Below are positions 50,201 to 60,156 of a DNA stretch of 64,000 nt, piece by piece. The notes beneath the pieces were generated by a model, which was given only the letters and a program-made list of their open reading frames with translations, made no database searches and had not been told where the DNA came from. The translations under genes were made by a program, and so were the position numbers. Source of the DNA: an uncultured Candidatus Saccharibacteria bacterium (GTDB lineage Bacteria > Patescibacteriota > JAUYIX01 > CAYNWW01); the NCBI GenBank assembly GCA_964401055.1, contig CAYNWW010000002.1, forward strand, positions 39,935 to 103,934, written 5' to 3'. The number at the start of each line of letters is the position of its first letter. Position 1 is the stretch's first letter.

Positions 50201-50996
50201 CTACGTGTCCGAACATCCGGTACATGCGTTCATGGACGTGCTCGGCAAAGTCTGCACGCCCAACAACAAACTCGCTCCGCTTGCCGAGCAAACCAACGTG
50301 CGCATCGGCGGCGTGATCACTAAAACGCAAAAGATTCTCACCAAGAAAAATCAAAACATGATGTTTGTGACCATCGAAGACGTCTCGACGTCGGTGGAAA
50401 TTTTAGTATTTTCAAAAACGCTGGAAAAATATGCAGCCATGCTTGAAGTCGGCAAAGTCGTGATTGCCGAAGGAAAAGTAAGTCACAAAGGCGAAGTACC
50501 GAAATTATTGTCCGATGTGTTTCATCTCTTGACCGACGCCACGCGCGAGGCAATGAGCACGCTCAAGCCGGTCGAACAACGCGCCGGCCGCGGGCGATTT
50601 GGCGGTGGTGCTAGTGGCGGCAACGGCGGATTTAACCGCGCGCCAGCCTGGACCCAACAGCAAGGAGCATCGTTTCGACCTTCATATCCGCAGACCCCAA
50701 CTCCAGCTCCGGCCTCGACGCCGGCCGCGATTCCGTCGCCCACAGCCTCAGGCGCCAAACTCCTCGCAGTAGACAAAGCGCAAAATGCCATCACCATCAC
50801 TCTCCCCGCGACCTACAAACCCGCCGACTTTGAATTGCTTAAAAAAATCCTCTCGAGCACGCCAGGATCGGTCAAGGTCAACCTCCAGCTCGCATCTCCT
50901 CAAGGTGGAGTTAAAAAAATCGAGACTTCTTTTGCCATCCAAGGCACCACCGAAGTATTTCAACAACTCAAAACACATTTCACGCCGTATTTATAA
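47229..50996 (+). CDS. dnaE: DNA polymerase III alpha subunit
   Basis: FVHLHTHSHYSLLDG PHP domain, GPGRGSAAGS, RISMPDIDLDF, KIDFLGL, YGFNLSH, OB fold. Confidence 0.98.
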   Translation: MDMTPAATPATPPDPTKKNFVHLHTHSHYSLLDGLGKIDDLVNRAKELGMTALALTDHGVMYGAVEFYQKCTKAGIKPIIGMEGYIAQGSMTQKRANIDDKPYHVTFLSYNEEGYKNLIKITSAGHLEGFYYRPRVDYDFLRAHSRGLIVLSGCVNSHISREIISGNMDKAREIALMYQEIFGKENYYFEIQDNPKLDKQIISNKALLELSKELGVPVVATNDIHYVRKEDAQAQDLLLCIQTNRTVQETNRMNLLDCDLSMRSREEMEESFRDMPEVLDNTVKIAERVDFKMKLGEIQLPKYELPEGETNESYLEKLCLVGMKRAYGVDVADLTEATVAGLSPRDRGYVDRLIYELGVIKKTGFSSYFLIVQDFVNYAKGAGIFVGPGRGSAAGSLVSYVLNITSVDPIEYGLLFERFLNPERISMPDIDLDFADDRRAEVIAYVEKKYGKDHVAQIATFGTMAARAAVRDAGRALALPYAYCDQVAKLIPPMKSNLTKALANVPEFKELYEKDPQAKLLIDMAKKLEGVARHASVHACGILVTREELNAYAPVLAMENKNAPKDAPTSAIVSQYSLHPVEDLGLLKIDFLGLKNLTIMQNALKLLKEGKNIDIDLNKLDYKDAKTYELFQRGETVGVFQFESSGMRRYLKQLRPTELRDIIAMVALYRPGPMDLIPDYIGGKHGTKQITYLHPKLEPILKPTYGVAVYQEQLMQLAQALAGWTLGQADLLRKAIGKKIEALLKEQKEKFTRDCVANGIELETAQQVFAFIEPFAGYGFNLSHATCYAVLGFMTAYLKAHHPAEFMAALMTSDEGDTDRLAIESAECKAMGIPVLSPDVNESGASFSVVRHPEDPTRDAIRFGLGAVKNVGANIVAVIVAERRANGPFASLDDFVTRVQSRDLNKKSLESLAKCGALDRFAERASVIANMDDILRHAKEIQKARAFGQESLFASIARTTPAFQAPALQLKPVTPAIREEKLSWEKELLGLYVSEHPVHAFMDVLGKVCTPNNKLAPLAEQTNVRIGGVITKTQKILTKKNQNMMFVTIEDVSTSVEILVFSKTLEKYAAMLEVGKVVIAEGKVSHKGEVPKLLSDVFHLLTDATREAMSTLKPVEQRAGRGRFGGGASGGNGGFNRAPAWTQQQGASFRPSYPQTPTPAPASTPAAIPSPTASGAKLLAVDKAQNAITITLPATYKPADFELLKKILSSTPGSVKVNLQLASPQGGVKKIETSFAIQGTTEVFQQLKTHFTPYL

Positions 50997-51010
50997 AAAA
51001 CCGTTCAGTA

Positions 51011-51166
51011 TCAACACGATACAGAACGGCTAACCTTTTTATACGCTGCTAATTTTGCGTTCACTTCACGCCGAAGCGCCTCGCGATCCTTGCTCATCCG
51101 CACAACGCTTTTGCGCAGAACTTCTACCGCCAGGAAATATTCATTACTCTGCCGATCGTACTCCAT
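51011..51166 (-). CDS. Small hypothetical helical protein (51 aa)
   Basis: GGAGG RBS before ATG 51166; overlaps end of upstream HD gene. Confidence 0.45.
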   Translation of the reverse strand: MEYDRQSNEYFLAVEVLRKSVVRMSKDREALRREVNAKLAAYKKVSRSVSC

Positions 51167-51935
51167 GCTCTTTTCCTCCCAACATAAACTCTGCACACCA
51201 CTCCTGCATCACCGGCGTCCAAAGCTGGTCAAATCCCGGAATCACCACAATCCAGGGCGCCAACCGCGGAAGCTGACGACCGAGCACATCACGCAAAATC
51301 CGCTTATTGCCAAAAATTGCATGTTGTTCGAGCGCGTACAGGATATAATCCAACGTCTCAAGAGCCGTGAACACGCGCGCCTCCCACAAACTCACCTCGC
51401 GAAGCGCACGAATAGTTATCATCGCCACTTCAGGAAAATATTCAGAAAGCTCCGCAAGTCGCCGCTCATCACACTCCTCATCTCCGGAGCATGGCACGTG
51501 CTGAAGTAAATAGGCACTTCGCGCCAATTCCCAAGCATGGCCTGAACGAAGTGCAAAAAAATCTTCATACGCGTCAAATTCTTCGCGATCATGCGCGACG
51601 CCTTTCCTCGCAAATTGCACATCGCGTCCACAGAGCCACTCGCCATGATCATGCTCGAGTGCAGCCGTGCGCAATGCCTCAATATCCAAGCGAATTCCGC
51701 GCTCAAAGCATGGGCCGAAAAAAATCTCGCACGCCACGCGCACCAATCGCTCCAGGGACAGCTTGTGCTCGGCTAAATTTTGCGGTCGTATGCGCTCTTC
51801 CGACGGCGTCTCAACGCCCGGCTGGGGTCCATATGCACTCCAGCGCACAATCGACGACGGCCCCACTTGCACCGCTCGCCAGCCTTCAATCAATCGCGAC
51901 AAAACCGGACATGGCAACTCAATGCTCGCTTTCAT
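51144..51935 (-). CDS. HD-domain phosphohydrolase, YfbR-like
   Basis: VRW...QNLAEH...AALEHDHGE...RDV; AGGAGG RBS. Confidence 0.7.
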   Translation of the reverse strand: MKASIELPCPVLSRLIEGWRAVQVGPSSIVRWSAYGPQPGVETPSEERIRPQNLAEHKLSLERLVRVACEIFFGPCFERGIRLDIEALRTAALEHDHGEWLCGRDVQFARKGVAHDREEFDAYEDFFALRSGHAWELARSAYLLQHVPCSGDEECDERRLAELSEYFPEVAMITIRALREVSLWEARVFTALETLDYILYALEQHAIFGNKRILRDVLGRQLPRLAPWIVVIPGFDQLWTPVMQEWCAEFMLGGKEHGVRSAE

Positions 51936-52016
51936 GACACACCTCCTGCGCCCATACTGAAGATAACTGCCTCAATTGTCAACAAACACACGCCGAAATA
52001 ATGCTATAATTCCCTT

Positions 52017-52442
52017 ATGCCACCTCTTCGCGCCAACGCACAAGTCGTCCGCACGGATTACACCCTCTTCCACCACCTTAGCCTGATTTGGCGCGAGCAT
52101 TTTTCCGATGTCGAACGCGTCAATCCGGTCGTGATCGAATTTGGCCGCGCCGCACGCACGCGCCTCGGCTCAATCACGCTCGACAAACCGTCGAACATTT
52201 CACGTATCACCATTAGTCATTTGCTTGCTTACGACCTCGTGCCGGACGTGGTGCTCAACGCAACCATCGCGCATGAACTTGTGCATTACACCCACGGATT
52301 TAGCTCACTGCGACCTCGCATCTTTCGCCATCCACATCAAGGCGGAATCATCTTGAAAGAATTTCGCGCACGCGGATTGTACCCGACACACCTGGAAGCG
52401 CGCCGCTGGCTGCGTGCGAATTGGCGCAAGATCGTGGTATAA
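52017..52442 (+). CDS. SprT-like zinc metalloprotease
   Basis: RLGSI, IAHELVHY.HG (HExxH), HPH.GG; TGCTATAAT directly upstream (near-leaderless). Confidence 0.75.
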   Translation: MPPLRANAQVVRTDYTLFHHLSLIWREHFSDVERVNPVVIEFGRAARTRLGSITLDKPSNISRITISHLLAYDLVPDVVLNATIAHELVHYTHGFSSLRPRIFRHPHQGGIILKEFRARGLYPTHLEARRWLRANWRKIVV

Positions 52443-52507
52443 ATAATTTATTGACACAGCATCCCGAAATTGCATTACAAATCAAAAGCAACAATTAATT
52501 TAAGGAT

Positions 52508-53653
52508 ATGCAGACCACACCTAGTAATCGTCTTTCACCCACATGGCGCGTAATAAGCATTGTTGCCATCACTCTCATATGCAACCTGTTACTTTTTTTC
52601 CTTATGCCTGGCGATACAATTGGCGCGCGGATAAACAGAGCTATGGCTGAACGTCTTTCCAACGCGCTGTTTGTCGAAACACTTGAACTCGGATTTGTTT
52701 CAGCATTTCTAGTCTTCCGCGCAGTCGGTTTTCGAGGTTCTTTTTGGAGCGCGTGGAGATATATTGCGTCCGGCATCTTTTTCGTTTCGGTCGCCGATGT
52801 TGCGCTATTGATTGCGTGGTTTCTATTCCCAACATTCAACGGAGGACTCATTTCGGCTGCCTTCAGCGTTATTTTTATGCCGCTCTTTATTATGTCCGGG
52901 CACAAACTTCTTCTCATGGCAGGAAAAAAGAATGGACTTCTTACGTTCGGTATTTACGCTGGATGTGTTGTAGCTAGCGTGCTTTCTGTCTACGGCATCG
53001 CGGTTGCCTATCCTCCAGCAGAAGGACTGCAATCAGTTATACCACAAACCGCATCAATCGGGCTTGTTATTGGCAGCGTCGTGCAACTATTTAGAGCCCG
53101 AAATGTTTTTACCGGAAGGATGCGACGCGTTCATATCCAGAGCGCTACCGCGTTCGCGCTTATAGTGCCTGGCTTGATGCAAGAAGTACTGCTTTCTTTC
53201 GTAGGACACGCAAGCGAATTTGCATACAACTGGAATATTCGCTGGCAGATTAGCCAACCAATTTGGCTATTGGCATATGTTTTTCTCGTGTATTCATCCG
53301 CGCGCATTCGCTTTGACTTTGCGGAAATTTACAAGCTCTCTCTTGCACCCAGCTCATACACAAATCCGTACGCACAGATTATTGACTTAACTGTCCGAAA
53401 GTTTGAACAGCTTATTGGAAAAGAAATTTCCATGCAGCGTCTTACGCATATCAGTGCTTTGCAAATCACTGATGCGGGCGGGATTCGCATTCCAAGTGAA
53501 GTTGAAGATTCGATTCTGATTGAAGCGTATCAAGAAACGATGAATATTTACCGCGATTTACTTGGTGACGTCGCTGACGATTTTGCAGCCGATGCGACGC
53601 GTTCGGTGCGAGCACAACATCCAGAGATCGCGTTTCAGAAAATTAACAATTAA
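52508..53653 (+). CDS. Polytopic membrane protein with C-terminal cytoplasmic domain (family member A)
   Basis: About 8 TMs; tail NPYAQII...KFEQLIGKEI...YRDLLGDVADDFAADAT shared with three other ORFs. Confidence 0.8.
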   Translation: MQTTPSNRLSPTWRVISIVAITLICNLLLFFLMPGDTIGARINRAMAERLSNALFVETLELGFVSAFLVFRAVGFRGSFWSAWRYIASGIFFVSVADVALLIAWFLFPTFNGGLISAAFSVIFMPLFIMSGHKLLLMAGKKNGLLTFGIYAGCVVASVLSVYGIAVAYPPAEGLQSVIPQTASIGLVIGSVVQLFRARNVFTGRMRRVHIQSATAFALIVPGLMQEVLLSFVGHASEFAYNWNIRWQISQPIWLLAYVFLVYSSARIRFDFAEIYKLSLAPSSYTNPYAQIIDLTVRKFEQLIGKEISMQRLTHISALQITDAGGIRIPSEVEDSILIEAYQETMNIYRDLLGDVADDFAADATRSVRAQHPEIAFQKINN

Positions 53654-53663
53654 ATGATTTCAT

Positions 53664-54686
53664 ATGTCTCTCACAACACCTGAAAAAATTGAATTCGTCG
53701 TCATGTTTCTCATGCCGATTGCCGGCTTGGTACTCGCGTTCATTCTTCTTGGAACACTCGGATTCAAAGGAAAACTATGGGCGCCTTGGCGATATCTTTC
53801 GTATTCATTGATCGCCGCCGGAATAGGCAGCATTGGCAATCCGCTTTTTCTTTTTGTTACCAGCAAAACCGCCATTGCAGTATTTGGAATTGCCGGCTCT
53901 TTCTTTCTGCTTACTCCTATTTTTATCATTCTGAGCGCACGCAAATTTGGCAAGCTCTTTCATATCAAGCTTTTTTTCACTTCATTCCTTGGTCTCTCCC
54001 TAATTGCGTGCGGACTATTTGTCGCAGAATTTCTTATTTCATTTGTTTACAAGCCCGTGGGATCCCTCCCGTATATTGTTATATCTACAATGGTCGCCGC
54101 CTGCGAAATTGCATCGGCACTCTCGCTCAACAAACTCGCTCCACATGTTCAAGGCGCAGTTGCCAAGCCGATCCGAACTTTTTCGCACGTGATGATCTTG
54201 ATTGCACTTTCATCTATTCAGGAACCAATTAGTGCCTATGTTGGCTGGTCCGAAAAAATAACACCGATCAACCCTCTCGCGACCTCCGTTTTGGTTGGAT
54301 GCTACCTCATTGGCTTCCTTGCACTTCTTCGCCCCGTTCTTCAACTTCGCTCTGCGTTGCGCACTTCTTATCAAACATACGAAGTCGAACTCTCGCAGCA
54401 ACCCTTTTTCCAAATGATCCAGCTCCTCATCCAAAAATATAGCGCCCTTATCGGACCCAGCCTTGTTGTAACCGCGGCACGCAAAATTCAAGGTCTTAAT
54501 GTAAATGAAGATGGTTCTTTGGTCCGAATCGAAGAAAGCGACGGACGCCTTGCACTCATTTCTCTTATAAGCTCACATCGCGAACTGCTTGGCGATGTGG
54601 CATATGACTTTGCACAAGATGCAACACGAGGAGTCCTTGCTCAACATAAAGATATTCAATTCCCAACACGTGAAGAAATTGCTTGA
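53664..54686 (+). CDS. Polytopic membrane protein with C-terminal cytoplasmic domain (family member B)
   Basis: About 7 TMs; FKGKLWAPWRY; tail KYSALIGP...HRELLGDVAYDFAQDAT. Confidence 0.8.
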   Translation: MSLTTPEKIEFVVMFLMPIAGLVLAFILLGTLGFKGKLWAPWRYLSYSLIAAGIGSIGNPLFLFVTSKTAIAVFGIAGSFFLLTPIFIILSARKFGKLFHIKLFFTSFLGLSLIACGLFVAEFLISFVYKPVGSLPYIVISTMVAACEIASALSLNKLAPHVQGAVAKPIRTFSHVMILIALSSIQEPISAYVGWSEKITPINPLATSVLVGCYLIGFLALLRPVLQLRSALRTSYQTYEVELSQQPFFQMIQLLIQKYSALIGPSLVVTAARKIQGLNVNEDGSLVRIEESDGRLALISLISSHRELLGDVAYDFAQDATRGVLAQHKDIQFPTREEIA

Positions 54687-54827
54687 TTCATCACGAGCTT
54701 ATTAACGAAGTCATTTATGTTTTGCAGAAAACGCAAGAAATAGGACAAGAAAATAGTAACATATTTTCTTGTCAACCACGGGCTAAAATGATACATTTAT
54801 CGTGTCACCTATTTTTAATGGTATTTT

Positions 54828-56588
54828 ATGCTCGAACCAAAAAAAGAGCTTACTTCACTTGAAAAAATGCGCCATTCGACTGCGCATACGCTGGCCATGG
54901 CTGTTTTGGAAATTTTCCCTGCTGCGAAATTGGGTATTGGCCCGGTTATTGAGGATGGATTTTATTATGACTTTGAGCTGCCGCGCGCGCTGACCGACAA
55001 AGAGCTGGTAGATATTGAAAAGCGCATGAAAAAAATTATTAAGCTTGGTCTGCCATTCGAACAAGTGTTTTTGTCACAGGATGAGGCGCGCGCGCAGTTG
55101 GCGGCGCAGCCCTACAAACTTGAGCTGCTTGCCGAAATTCTGGATGAGCGTGTGTCATTTTTCAAAAACGCAGACAAGTTTATGGATTTGTGCCGTGGGC
55201 CGCATGCGGCGTCGACCGGCGCGATCGGCGCATTCAAGATTTTGCATACGGCCGGCGCGTATTGGCGAGGTGATGAAAAAAATAAGATGCTGACACGCAT
55301 TTACGGCACCGCGTGGGAAACACAAGAAGAGCTCGACGCATACCTTGCGCGCGTGGAAGACGCCAAGCGCCGCGATCACAAAAAACTCGGCAAAGATTTG
55401 GATTTATTTTTCTTTGATGCGGAAGTTGGCAAGGGTTTGCCGATGTGGACACCCAAAGGCACGGCGATCAAATTTGAGTTGGAGAAATTTACGCGCGAGC
55501 TCGAGCGCCACTATGGCTACGAGCACGTCGAGACGCCGTATTTGGCGCAAGAGACGCTCTACAAAACCAGCGGCCATCTCGCCCACTATCGCGCAAACAT
55601 GTACAAGCCGATCGACATGGATGGCGACGAATTTTATTTGCGACCGATGGCATGTCCGCACCACATCAAAATGTTTATGCGCAAGCCGGTGAGCTACAAG
55701 CAGATGCCGGTGCGGTTTGCCGAGATTGCGGATTACAATCGGTTTGAAAAATCCGGCGAACTCATGGGCATGATTCGCGTGCGCAAATTTACGTTGACGG
55801 ACGGTCATTTGTTTGTGACTCCCGATGGGCTCAAAGACGAATTCAAGCGCGTCTGTCAAATGATTCAGGAAGGAATTCGCGGCCTGGGAATTGAAGAGAA
55901 AGTCTCCTATCGATTTTCCAAACACGACCCGGCGGATCAGGAAAAATATTATCCGGATGCGGAATTGTGGCGCAAATCAGAGACGACGATGAAAGAGGCG
56001 CTTGATGAATTGGGGTTAAAATATGTCGAGGCTACGGGTGAGGCTGCGTTTTACGGGCCGAAACTCGACGTCCAGTTTCGCAACGTGAATGGCAAAGAAG
56101 ATACCGCATTTACCGCGCAGATGGACTTTTTGCTGCCAGAAAAATTTGATATTTCCTACATTGGCGCGGATGGTTCGAAGATGCGGCCGGTAATGATTCA
56201 TCGCTCGACGATCGGCGCGCTGGAGCGCACGTTTGCGTTCTTAATTGAGCACTATGCCGGCGCGTTTCCATTGTGGATGTCGCCGTTTCATGTTGCGGTG
56301 CTGCCTGTGTCAGATGCATTCACGCCATTTGCCCGCGAATTTGCGGCCGAGATGGATGCCCTTGGTATTCGCGCGCAAGTCGCGGACGAAACCGAGAGCG
56401 TGGGCAAAAAAATCCGCGCTGCTGAAATGGAAAAGTTCCCCTACATCATCGTCGTGGGTGAAAAAGAAGTCGCGGGTGGCGATTTGATGGTGCGCGTGCG
56501 CGGTCAAAAAGATCAGCGCAGCATGACACGCGCGGCATTTTTGGAGATGGTTGTGGAACGACTCAAGGTGCGAGGGCTGGAACTATAG
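54828..56588 (+). CDS. thrS: Threonine--tRNA ligase
   Basis: RHSTAH, GFYYDF, DLCRGPH, GAYWRG, RDHKKLG, AAFYGPKLD, IHR..G.LER. Confidence 0.98.
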   Translation: MLEPKKELTSLEKMRHSTAHTLAMAVLEIFPAAKLGIGPVIEDGFYYDFELPRALTDKELVDIEKRMKKIIKLGLPFEQVFLSQDEARAQLAAQPYKLELLAEILDERVSFFKNADKFMDLCRGPHAASTGAIGAFKILHTAGAYWRGDEKNKMLTRIYGTAWETQEELDAYLARVEDAKRRDHKKLGKDLDLFFFDAEVGKGLPMWTPKGTAIKFELEKFTRELERHYGYEHVETPYLAQETLYKTSGHLAHYRANMYKPIDMDGDEFYLRPMACPHHIKMFMRKPVSYKQMPVRFAEIADYNRFEKSGELMGMIRVRKFTLTDGHLFVTPDGLKDEFKRVCQMIQEGIRGLGIEEKVSYRFSKHDPADQEKYYPDAELWRKSETTMKEALDELGLKYVEATGEAAFYGPKLDVQFRNVNGKEDTAFTAQMDFLLPEKFDISYIGADGSKMRPVMIHRSTIGALERTFAFLIEHYAGAFPLWMSPFHVAVLPVSDAFTPFAREFAAEMDALGIRAQVADETESVGKKIRAAEMEKFPYIIVVGEKEVAGGDLMVRVRGQKDQRSMTRAAFLEMVVERLKVRGLEL

Positions 56589-57605
56589 CTTTGTTTGCGG
56601 CAGCACCAGATCAGGATATTTCGTCTTGTACTGCTTTGACACATCTAGGATAAAATCTTGAGCGGAATCGCCCAACAAATCCGTGTATGCTGCTCCGATT
56701 TGTTCGATTGCGTGCACGCCAACCTCGGTACTTACCCCCTCTGCGATGACAAATTCACCGCCTTGTCGGGGCTCAACAATAGCAACTTCACTCAAACGCG
56801 CGAGCGCAATTTCTGCACCAATCAGACTGGAGAATTTTTTCACAATTGCCTCAATAAGCTGCGCATATGGATTTTCGTAAGATGAATAATGCTCAAGTGT
56901 TTCTGCGTAAGCGTCGGCAAGATCCTTGCGTAATTTGCCGGCCGTATAAACAATGAAGGATGAAACGACCAAATATGCAATTGCTCCAATATGATATTTT
57001 ATAATGATTTGAGCCACTACGCTGTCTAGGCTAAAAAACACTCCTCCAAATTCTTGAAGTGAGGCAATCGCAGTAAATAAAGTCACGAGGAACAGTCTAT
57101 GTTGCGACTTCTTGAGAGACCCAGTAATAAAGCTCTCACTTCGATACATCTCCTGGCCAAGAAAGCACGAATGAACGGCGACCAGCCATCTTAAAAAATC
57201 GCTTCACACCAAGAAACCCAAGAAAAGAAGATAAAACATAGAAAAGCGGGAAAAGCCCGGCGATTGGGCTTGACTGATATTCATAGCCAACAATAAAAAA
57301 CAGCGTGTAGCCGAGCACATTTGCGACGCCATACATCGTGAGCCCAGCGGCAAGCAATCGCCAAGCGACCCAAAACTTGCCTCTCAGTTTCTCAGCAGTC
57401 AACATGCGGAGACCGGCGTAAAATGCCAGCGAAGCAGTGAGGACGTAAAATAAGTTTTCAATTTTGCTTGTCGCGGTTACATTAGGTATTTTCCCAACCG
57501 TCTCTCCTGCAAAAAATAGTATCCACAGTAACAAAAAAGTAGTAACAGTCAAAATATTACCGTAAGCAGGAATGATGGTTTACCCCATACTTTTACATTA
57601 GGCAT
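56583..57605 (-). pseudogene. Disrupted family member C (frameshift near start plus internal deletion)
   Basis: ATG 57605 frame stops at 57549; next fragment (57552-57136) ends ...AGRRSFVLSWPG; third fragment (57149-56583) starts ...FITGSLKK; the ~45 codons between these motifs in paralog 62311-63456 are missing. Confidence 0.75.
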
Positions 57606-57614
57606 GTTGCTGTA

Positions 57615-59399
57615 TTAGTTTTGATCAAGCGGAATAAAACAATAAAAAGTACTCCCTAGTCCCTCTTCAGAGCTCACCCCAACAATCCCTCGATGCGCTT
57701 CAACAATTCCTTTCGCAATAGCAAGACCGAGACCCGTTCCCTTTTTTTCACTTTTTACCCTTCCGTTCACCTGCTTAAACTTGCTAAAAAGACTAGGTAT
57801 ATCACTTGGAGCAATGCCAACCCCACTATCCGTGACGGCAACAAATATACCGGGCGGCAATTTCTTGAGTCTTTCCTCGGAGTCCTTAATAAACCATTCA
57901 ATAGAGGCAGCTCCAGCCTCAGCTGCAATATCACCCGCATTTGCATGCATCAAGACGCTAATGGTGACTCGGCCGCCTTTTCCGGTAAATTTAAGCGAAT
58001 TAGATATAAAATTGTTCAAAACTTGACCGATTTTATTTGCGTCAAACAAAATCATCTCCGGTACGTGCTCGTCAATCACTGCATGTAGCTTGATTCCAGA
58101 ATCTTTTGCCAAGGGGCCAAATGCATGAACTTTCGCCTTAACCACATCTCGAATATTTGATGGTTCCACAAAAATTTGAAATTTTCCTGCTTCTATTTTT
58201 GCTTGATCAAGAAGATCATTTACTAGTTCAATCATGCTCTCCACATTACTACCCATGAGCGAAATCATTTCCTTATACTCTTTTTTTCCTGGCTTGAGAA
58301 TTCCCTCTTTAAGAAGCTGAATAGTTGAAGAAGTTCCCACAAGCGGCGTTCGCAGCTCATGCACCATCATAGATGTAAAATCTTCACGCAATCGCTCAAC
58401 TTCTTTTTCGTGAGTGATATCATGAAAAATTACTACACCGCCAAGTATTTCTTCTCCCGAAACTCCAGTTTTATTCTCGACAGGAGATACAAAAATTTGA
58501 TAAAACCTATCATGAACAAGAACATCATCTAGCGTGATTATCTTTTTCAATTTTACGCTTTCCTCAAGACGGCCTCTGATATCAAATGCACCGCCCAAGC
58601 CGTCTATAAGATCAAAAATTAAAACTTCAATTTTCTCTTCAATGCCGACGATTTTTTTTGCAGCGGGATTTATTGCCAAAATCCGATACTCCTTGTCAGT
58701 CATAACAATCCCCTCAACCATACTCTCTATCATAGAGTTGAGCTTCCGTTGTTCGTTTTCGACAACATCCTGAAGTCTACTTACGGCCTGTGATGCCTGC
58801 TTTGTAATTTTATACAAAATACTTGTTTCACTTTCGTTGTACTGACCTTCTTTTGTGTCAGCAACAGTCAATACACCAACTACCTTATTGCCAATCACCA
58901 GCGGTATATTGAAAAATGACCGAACAGGATCTTGAATTTCATCAACAGTAATTGCGCCAGAAATTACCGGTTCAACCTGACTTTTACTCAAATCTTTATC
59001 CAATAAAGCGGAGAGCGACTTAAGCATACGCCCTTTTATATCTTCGATAAACAGAGGCGAAACCGATCTCTCAAGATTTGCTTTAAAAATTATTTTCTCG
59101 GGCCCCAAAAGCATATAAGATACAACGCTATAATCCATAAAGGAGCGCAGTGATCCCGTAATCATGTCAGCAACATTCTGGACGTTGAGCGAATACCCAA
59201 CTCGCTCACCCAAATCCTTCAAAATCGCCAATTCATACAGACGATGACTAATTTCCTTTTCTTTCTTTTCGTTCTCTGTTTTGATTTTTTTCTCGAGCTC
59301 CTTTAGTCTGACGTCAACCCTCCTCCCTCTCAAAAATACAAACACAGTTGCACCAATAGACAGCACTAAAGCGGAAAAAAGTATGACGAGATCAGACAT
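57615..59399 (-). CDS. Membrane-anchored GAF-PAS sensor histidine kinase
   Basis: N-terminal TM, GAF (NIPLVIGNKVVG), PAS (SMVEGIV...INPAA...FHDIT), VHELRTPL, NFISNSLKFT, DSGVGI, GTGLGL. Confidence 0.93.
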   Translation of the reverse strand: MSDLVILFSALVLSIGATVFVFLRGRRVDVRLKELEKKIKTENEKKEKEISHRLYELAILKDLGERVGYSLNVQNVADMITGSLRSFMDYSVVSYMLLGPEKIIFKANLERSVSPLFIEDIKGRMLKSLSALLDKDLSKSQVEPVISGAITVDEIQDPVRSFFNIPLVIGNKVVGVLTVADTKEGQYNESETSILYKITKQASQAVSRLQDVVENEQRKLNSMIESMVEGIVMTDKEYRILAINPAAKKIVGIEEKIEVLIFDLIDGLGGAFDIRGRLEESVKLKKIITLDDVLVHDRFYQIFVSPVENKTGVSGEEILGGVVIFHDITHEKEVERLREDFTSMMVHELRTPLVGTSSTIQLLKEGILKPGKKEYKEMISLMGSNVESMIELVNDLLDQAKIEAGKFQIFVEPSNIRDVVKAKVHAFGPLAKDSGIKLHAVIDEHVPEMILFDANKIGQVLNNFISNSLKFTGKGGRVTISVLMHANAGDIAAEAGAASIEWFIKDSEERLKKLPPGIFVAVTDSGVGIAPSDIPSLFSKFKQVNGRVKSEKKGTGLGLAIAKGIVEAHRGIVGVSSEEGLGSTFYCFIPLDQN

Positions 59400-59406
59400 G
59401 TCGTAT

Positions 59407-60129
59407 CTATTGAATAACTTTTTTAATCAAGCCGACCGACTTATAGAATCCGTAAGCAACAAAGAAATACGCCGGAAAAGTTATTAGTTGCTCAACCTTC
59501 TCAATAAAACTGGCGTCAAACATCAAAACCTTCCAGCTCTCCGTCAATAGCTCCCAGAAATGGGATATGCCGTAAAGCCCGAGAGCCACAACAAGCGGAG
59601 AAACAATAACGCGTATTGCAGGCAACAATCTTTCCTTTGCCATAAGCAGATAAAGTGCGGCACCGGTTCCGAGAACAAATGAGATAAAATGGACAAGTCC
59701 GGCTCGATCAATCAATCCCCCCTCAAAAGCTTGCAAAGAACCATCCAATGAAGGAAGTGCGATAATCCAGAGCATAGCAAAAACCAACGATCCAACGGCC
59801 GACATCTTTGCGACAAACCACGAAGGCTCCTTTTTCTTTTCAGCTTCGAATCCAAGAAGCATTTTGCCGGCTACGAGGTATGCGATAGTTGACAACCAAT
59901 GAAGCGCGTGCCAACCGAGTTGCATTGTGAACTCACCAACGCTGATAATTTCAGATTCATTCAGAAACAAAAAAATGCGAACTGTTCCAAGAAAAAATGT
60001 TCCAATCAAAAAGTAGACCACCGAAGTCCCAATCACAGACTTTCTATACAAATGCGTTAGCTGAAAAGCAAGAAAAAGCGACCACAAAACCAACAAAAAG
60101 CTGACAAAATCCATCATGATAAATCCCAT
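59407..60129 (-). CDS. 7-TM membrane protein, putative sensor subunit
   Basis: Seven hydrophobic helices with intramembrane His (WHALHW, VHF, SHFWE); no soluble domain; 7 nt upstream of the kinase. Confidence 0.75.
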   Translation of the reverse strand: MGFIMMDFVSFLLVLWSLFLAFQLTHLYRKSVIGTSVVYFLIGTFFLGTVRIFLFLNESEIISVGEFTMQLGWHALHWLSTIAYLVAGKMLLGFEAEKKKEPSWFVAKMSAVGSLVFAMLWIIALPSLDGSLQAFEGGLIDRAGLVHFISFVLGTGAALYLLMAKERLLPAIRVIVSPLVVALGLYGISHFWELLTESWKVLMFDASFIEKVEQLITFPAYFFVAYGFYKSVGLIKKVIQ

Positions 60130-60156
60130 ATTATTTTGTAATTTTTTTTATTTACC

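Noticed and set aside
50570-50760. Possible intein or insertion in dnaE
   Set aside because: Gly/Pro-rich low-complexity linker before the C-terminal domain; no intein terminal motifs
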